This document shows positions 61,101 through 64,000 of a stretch of DNA of 64,000 nt, in pieces (position 1 is the first letter of the stretch; each line of letters starts with the position of its first letter). The notes under the pieces were generated by a model. The model saw only the letters and a program-made list of their open reading frames with translations, made no database searches and was not told where the DNA came from. The stretch is taken from contig JAQGDQ010000310.1 of NCBI GenBank assembly GCA_030141605.1, positions 216,361 through 280,360 of the forward strand, given 5' to 3'. The position numbers and the translations under genes are program-made. Source of the stretch: Tubiluchus corallicola (lineage: Eukaryota; Animalia; Priapulida).

Positions 61101-63935
61101 TGTTTACATCACATACATCAGTGTATTCACGTGTAGATCTCTATGTAGAAAAATATAGAATCAATTGTGTGGAGTTATTTGAATCAATTGCAGACAGTTT
61201 TTATATACTTTTGCATAGGAGTGGCCAGTACTTTTGAGACAATTAGGTATCATTTATCCTTGATAGTTGGGTATTTTAAATTATGCATGAAACAAGGTAA
61301 CTGATATTTACTATGGTCTCTATGGACAACAAAATAGTAATTTGTTGCTTTGCCCCTTTCAACCCCCATGGGGACTTTGCCCCTCAACCCCATTAGGGGC
61401 CTAGGCAGCCCCAAGACTCTCGGCCTGTTTCAGAGTTTTTTTTGCAATTTGTCATTCTCATCCCTGGATATGAAACCAATCCGGCAGTTGATTGCAGTCT
61501 ATCACGATGCTGTTTTACTAGAAAGCAGACACGCATGAAAACCACACTTGGGAGAAATGAGTTATACTGATCAGCGGCGGCTCGTGTATAGGTACTGTAG
61601 AACTGGAGCACCCCCTATTTTCACTCAATATTATCGATAATATTCAATGTAATAAGTCTCTTTTGTTTAGTTGTTTCTTTTTAGTTGCACGGTCCGGGTA
61701 GTACTGCTTGCTTCACAGCCCAGCACAGTGCACTCCAGCAACGTGGTGTTTGGCTGTTGTGCGCATGCGGCCATGCGCACATGTCTGAGCCCAGGTAGAG
61801 AAAGTACTGTCCGTCACACAGTTTGTTGTCAGTTGTCACTTGCATGAATGGATCAAGCTTGAACTACAACAATTTAGGCTATTAGTAAGCAAAAAATATT
61901 TTTTTGTTTAGGATTTTATCAAGTTTATGTATAAACTTTCATATGTTTGTTTGTTTAAAATTACAAATTACAACATAAAAATTACATATGTTTGTTTCGT
62001 TTTACACAGTATTAAAGCAATGGCTAAAAATTTTCTGAAGCAGCGACCCCACTAATTTTAGCTATGAACTGCCGCCAATATTTATGAGAAAGTTTTGCAT
62101 CTAGTGATACTCCCAGCATGCTAACCTACTGTTCAAAAAACGTAGCTTACTCTTGCTTAATTTTACTGCAACAATGCGCTTATTTATTAGGCGTTTTTGT
62201 CGACTGTCTGAAAAGGAAGTTAAAATGGTATTGGTAATAAAATCGATTTGCCTCATCAGTTATTATCGATTAATTGGCTCCACCACTACTTTCAATAACT
62301 GTGGAACATGACTGCATCTTTTAGCTGCTTTCTCTTACTTAGTGGCATTTCATTGTGCTCTATTTGGCTACCTGTGCAGGTCGTACGGTGATGCCAAGCA
62401 CTGTCGGAAGGTGTTTCAACGAGCCATTCACGCGAACACCGACTATCCAGAGCTGATCTGTCAAGCTTACATCGATTATGAACGTGAAGTCGGGACGTTG
62501 GACCAGCTGGACGCTGCTTATGTGAAATGTGAGCCGGTCCTTGAACGGACTCGACTCAAACGAACAAAGGTGTGCTGAGAAGTACGAACTTTTAGATAAA
62601 TTCAATTAGTTTTGCCACTTTGGAGAATGTATGCTATCAGATTAGATTAGATTACATCAGAATAGTGTAGAGTAGATTAGAGTAGAAAAAGCAGAGTGGT
62701 ATGGATTAGATTAGATTAGTGTAGAGTGGAGTAGAATAGATTAGATTAGATAAATTAGGTTAAATTAAATTAGATTAGATTAGGTTAAATTATATTAGAT
62801 TAGATTAGGTTAAATTAGTTTATATTAGATTAGATTAGATTTTTCCTCGCGTGTGCAACTCGATAAGTGCCGTTCATCCAGCTTTGCCGCACGCGGAATT
62901 TTATATTATTAAATTTCTGTTGCATACAAACTGATCCTGCTCCAGTGTGCGCGCTCAAAGCAACGATTTCTATCATACGAGATCATATCGGAATAATAAA
63001 AACCAAACGCCTTTGTCACGTGTCAGTCTAGCACACGTTTGCTGTTGATTAACCGTACAAAAGTTGGTTCATATAAAACTTGCCTCGTGTGCACAAATTT
63101 TGTGTGATCGGTTTGCCGTGTGGCGGCCCCACGTTAGCAATTCATGAAGGTGTTACTTGGGATATGGTGCACTTACAACTTACTTTTGTCTTTAAAGGAA
63201 AACCGGATGACTGTTTAGCGTCAAACTCATATTAACTACAGTCCAATATATACATTTTCTTGCCTATGAAAATTAGCAATTGTTTCTAATATTTAAATGA
63301 TTAGCTTAGAAAGTTAATTAACGGCAACCGAACACAGCTATTGCTTACGTCAGAAACTAACCACAGTTTGCGCAATGGCAGGCGTCTTCCCTTGCGCATC
63401 ACGCACGTTTGCGTAAGTGTTACTGTTTAAACGCATGATGTCACCAAAGTGGGCTCTACGCCATATGACGTCAGAAGCTAACACAGCAGTTCATGATCAT
63501 GGTTATCAAGGTACCGCCTTCTATACGTCGGCCATGCGCACGTTACAAAAAGGCGCTGCTGCCCATCTTAGTAGATTCACTAAGCTGCGCATAGCTTTGA
63601 AAGTTTATGCTTTTGTTATTGCTTACGTCAGAAACTAGCCATCATGCAGTAGCTCAGTAGTGCTCGCAGCTGCCGCTAGTTTGCTGTGGACGAATGCTGC
63701 TTTTGTTATTAGTTAATTATTTAGTGGCCAGACTCCAACCCTCCACACAAACGTTGGACTAACTGCGCTAATTATTAATCGGTCATTAACGTGACAGGAA
63801 AGCGAGAAGGCAGTCGAGCAGCTTGAGAGGCAGAAGCAGCAGCAAGAGAAGAGGCAGCAAGCGAAATCGGAGAAGCGTTCCACGAAGCGACACGACGTGA
63901 AAGAGCAGAAGAAACGCAAGGTAGGCGGAGCCAAA
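43016..63935 (+). CDS. SART3: SART3 / Prp24 / Tip110 U4/U6 recycling factor (HAT-repeat region), multi-exon; continues beyond right edge
   Basis: Acidic N-terminus followed by ARNRMSAIYPLTEGLWLPWLKDE, LFERAVKDY, RSVFERAIAACGLHV, LFKRQLSIPL, GNPARIQLIYERA, DYMRRRI, QYWARLE, DYPELICQAYIDYEREVGTL, all typical of SART3; exon phases are consistent. Confidence 0.95.
43697..44333. mobile_element. MITE family A copy nested within an older caggggcggatccag-type element (~43640-44720)
   Basis: TIRs gtgtgcttgcaaaccaaagtcgtccataagtcgg / ccgacttatggacgattttgctatgcaagcac. Confidence 0.85.
45047..45173 (+). CDS. SART3: SART3 exon 2
   Basis: ttgcag|LVDYPYSYDLHIAVVEKCQRLRDVEPLQLARNRMSAIYPLTE|gtgact. Confidence 0.93.
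45478..45582 (+). CDS. SART3: SART3 exon 3
   Basis: tag|LWLPWLKDEKNLAETEEQKENLIQLFERAVKDYL|gtaagt. Confidence 0.94.
46444..46619 (+). CDS. SART3: SART3 exon 4
   Basis: cag|VDIWYEFCMFCIGLGKGAEYTRSVFERAIAACGLHVTTGYKIWETYRLYETTVLSSLQ|gtaata. Confidence 0.94.
47035..47520 (+). mobile_element. Tc1/mariner transposase C-terminal relic
   Basis: ELRAKIVDSC...RLICVENGGHIEHLL, a typical Tc1/mariner-type C-terminus. Confidence 0.6.
47901..48036 (+). pseudogene. N-terminal/TM1 fragment of a GPCR paralog, frameshifted
   Basis: MNSTSLLAGFAAVNV /frameshift/ ESKINFFTKTAAVMVVLLFALICLAIIV aligns with MNTSSLLVDFATMNTTESGVTFLAKSVISIKVLLLILLGIAIIT of the 48446 copy. Confidence 0.65.
48026..48285. repeat. 31-bp tandem repeat (~8 copies)
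   Basis: Unit atcattgtgagaatgaataacattatattgc. Confidence 0.95.
48446..49342 (+). pseudogene. Intronless class-A (rhodopsin-like) GPCR with one in-frame TAA, nested in SART3 intron 4
   Basis: TM motifs GNLLV, SLAVTDLLVG, AERYVAVVHPFKY, FYLP, FLVCWGP, NSAINPIVY; ORFs 48440-48736 and 48737-49342 are in the same frame, separated only by TAA at 48734-48736. Confidence 0.85.
49573..50148 (+). pseudogene. 5'-truncated GPCR paralog (TM3-TM7)
   Basis: EFGMMNATSFHLCLIATERYVAVVHPFKY...FLLCWGP...NSAVNPVIYAF; clearly paralogous to 48737-49342; no TM1-2 immediately upstream. Confidence 0.85.
51083..51188 (+). CDS. SART3: SART3 exon 5
   Basis: cag|PSIGSVPTAEQQEATQKQSERISSLFKRQLSIPLQ|gtaata. Confidence 0.92.
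51923..52047 (+). CDS. SART3: SART3 exon 6
   Basis: cag|MESVYEEYAEWLSDMPEQNVTKSFEKAKVQLQELMVYEEKL|gtaagt. Confidence 0.92.
52184..52408. repeat. 21-bp tandem repeat
   Basis: Unit attgtgtctgcattgtttaca. Confidence 0.95.
52991..53146 (+). CDS. SART3: SART3 exon 7
   Basis: tag|AQAEGNTLPAYQEYIDYEKKQGNPARIQLIYERAVTDNCLSLPLWIQYTKYL|gtaaat. Confidence 0.95.
53505..54607. repeat. 58-bp tandem repeat (~19 copies)
   Basis: Unit cagaggcaccgaaccggaactgtattgtgaatcattaatgtatagatgcattaacctg. Confidence 0.97.
56026..56372. mobile_element. Tigger/pogo-like MITE
   Basis: ta|cagtcgaccctcgttaaaccggac ... gtccagtttaacgagggttgactg|ta. Confidence 0.85.
57512..57658. repeat. Short palindromic element
   Basis: taaccattaaagatgggctatgg...gcaaatta / taatttgc...ccatagcccatctgtaatggtta. 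Confidence 0.7.
57794..57932 (+). CDS. SART3: SART3 exon 8
   Basis: cag|DRELKIPHLVLDVYERSVRNVSWSATLWEKYILATERNNEAHAKVI|gtgagt. Confidence 0.94.
58790..58900 (+). CDS. SART3: SART3 exon 9
   Basis: ttgcag|IQERAISSVQAQSGQELRDLWLTCIDYMRRRINWEE|gtaggc. Confidence 0.9.
58915..59562. repeat. (AATCT)n-rich low-complexity repeat; complementary tract at 62640-62840
   Basis: Directly visible. Confidence 0.95.
59614..59738 (+). CDS. SART3: SART3 exon 10
   Basis: tag|HAEDVERLRDTFQRAARHLSQSYGQDGDPESRIRQYWARLE|gtagcc. Confidence 0.92.
59796..60264. mobile_element. Family B element copy (reverse)
   Basis: ttaa|aggaagaccggatgattg ... caatcattcggttttcct|ttaa. Confidence 0.8.
60618..60727 (+). CDS. SART3: SART3 exon 11
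   Basis: cag|GIYCKNMTRAREIWNDIMNEGHSKEAQMWLQLLSLER|gtttgt. Confidence 0.92.
60948..61466. mobile_element. hAT-like MITE
   Basis: TIRs cagggatgagaat / attctcatccctg. Confidence 0.6.
62380..62569 (+). CDS. SART3: SART3 exon 12
   Basis: cag|SYGDAKHCRKVFQRAIHANTDYPELICQAYIDYEREVGTLDQLDAAYVKCEPVLERTRLKRTK|gtgtgc. Confidence 0.94.
63196..63608. mobile_element. Family B element copy (reverse, truncated)
   Basis: ttaa|aggaaaaccggatga, with shared interior. Confidence 0.75.
63798..63935 (+). CDS. SART3: SART3 exon 13 (coiled-coil/basic NLS-like)
   Basis: cag|ESEKAVEQLERQKQQQEKRQQAKSEKRSTKRHDVKEQKKRK; donor either after 63920 (gtaggc) or after 63935 (gtgagt). Confidence 0.85.
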
Positions 63936-64000
63936 GTGAGTTTTCAGATTTGTCTTATTTAGTCATTGTAGTTAGTGTTGGATAACACAACTAGGTGTTT

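Overview
AT-rich, repeat-rich animal (probably invertebrate) genomic DNA with spliceosomal introns; nothing here is prokaryotic. Two multi-exon genes lie head-to-head. STK36/Fused kinase is on the - strand (ATG at 37080, 19 exons traced down to position 44, continuing off the left edge). SART3/Prp24 is on the + strand (ATG at 43016, 13 exons traced, continuing off the right edge, with a probable GC-AG first intron). SART3 intron 4 holds a nested, same-strand cluster of intronless class-A GPCR pseudogenes or fragments. The introns are filled with non-autonomous DNA transposons, LINE 3' fragments, a tRNA-derived SINE, a 5S rRNA fragment, microsatellites and several TE-derived tandem arrays. The most unusual structure is a ~520-bp inverted repeat whose perfect inner 33 bp run up to an STK36 acceptor (16932) and a downstream donor (9564), bracketing two exons; it is a candidate circRNA or exon-skipping switch. 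Gene and TE calls come from manual translation and remembered family motifs; no database search was run, and TE boundaries are approximate.
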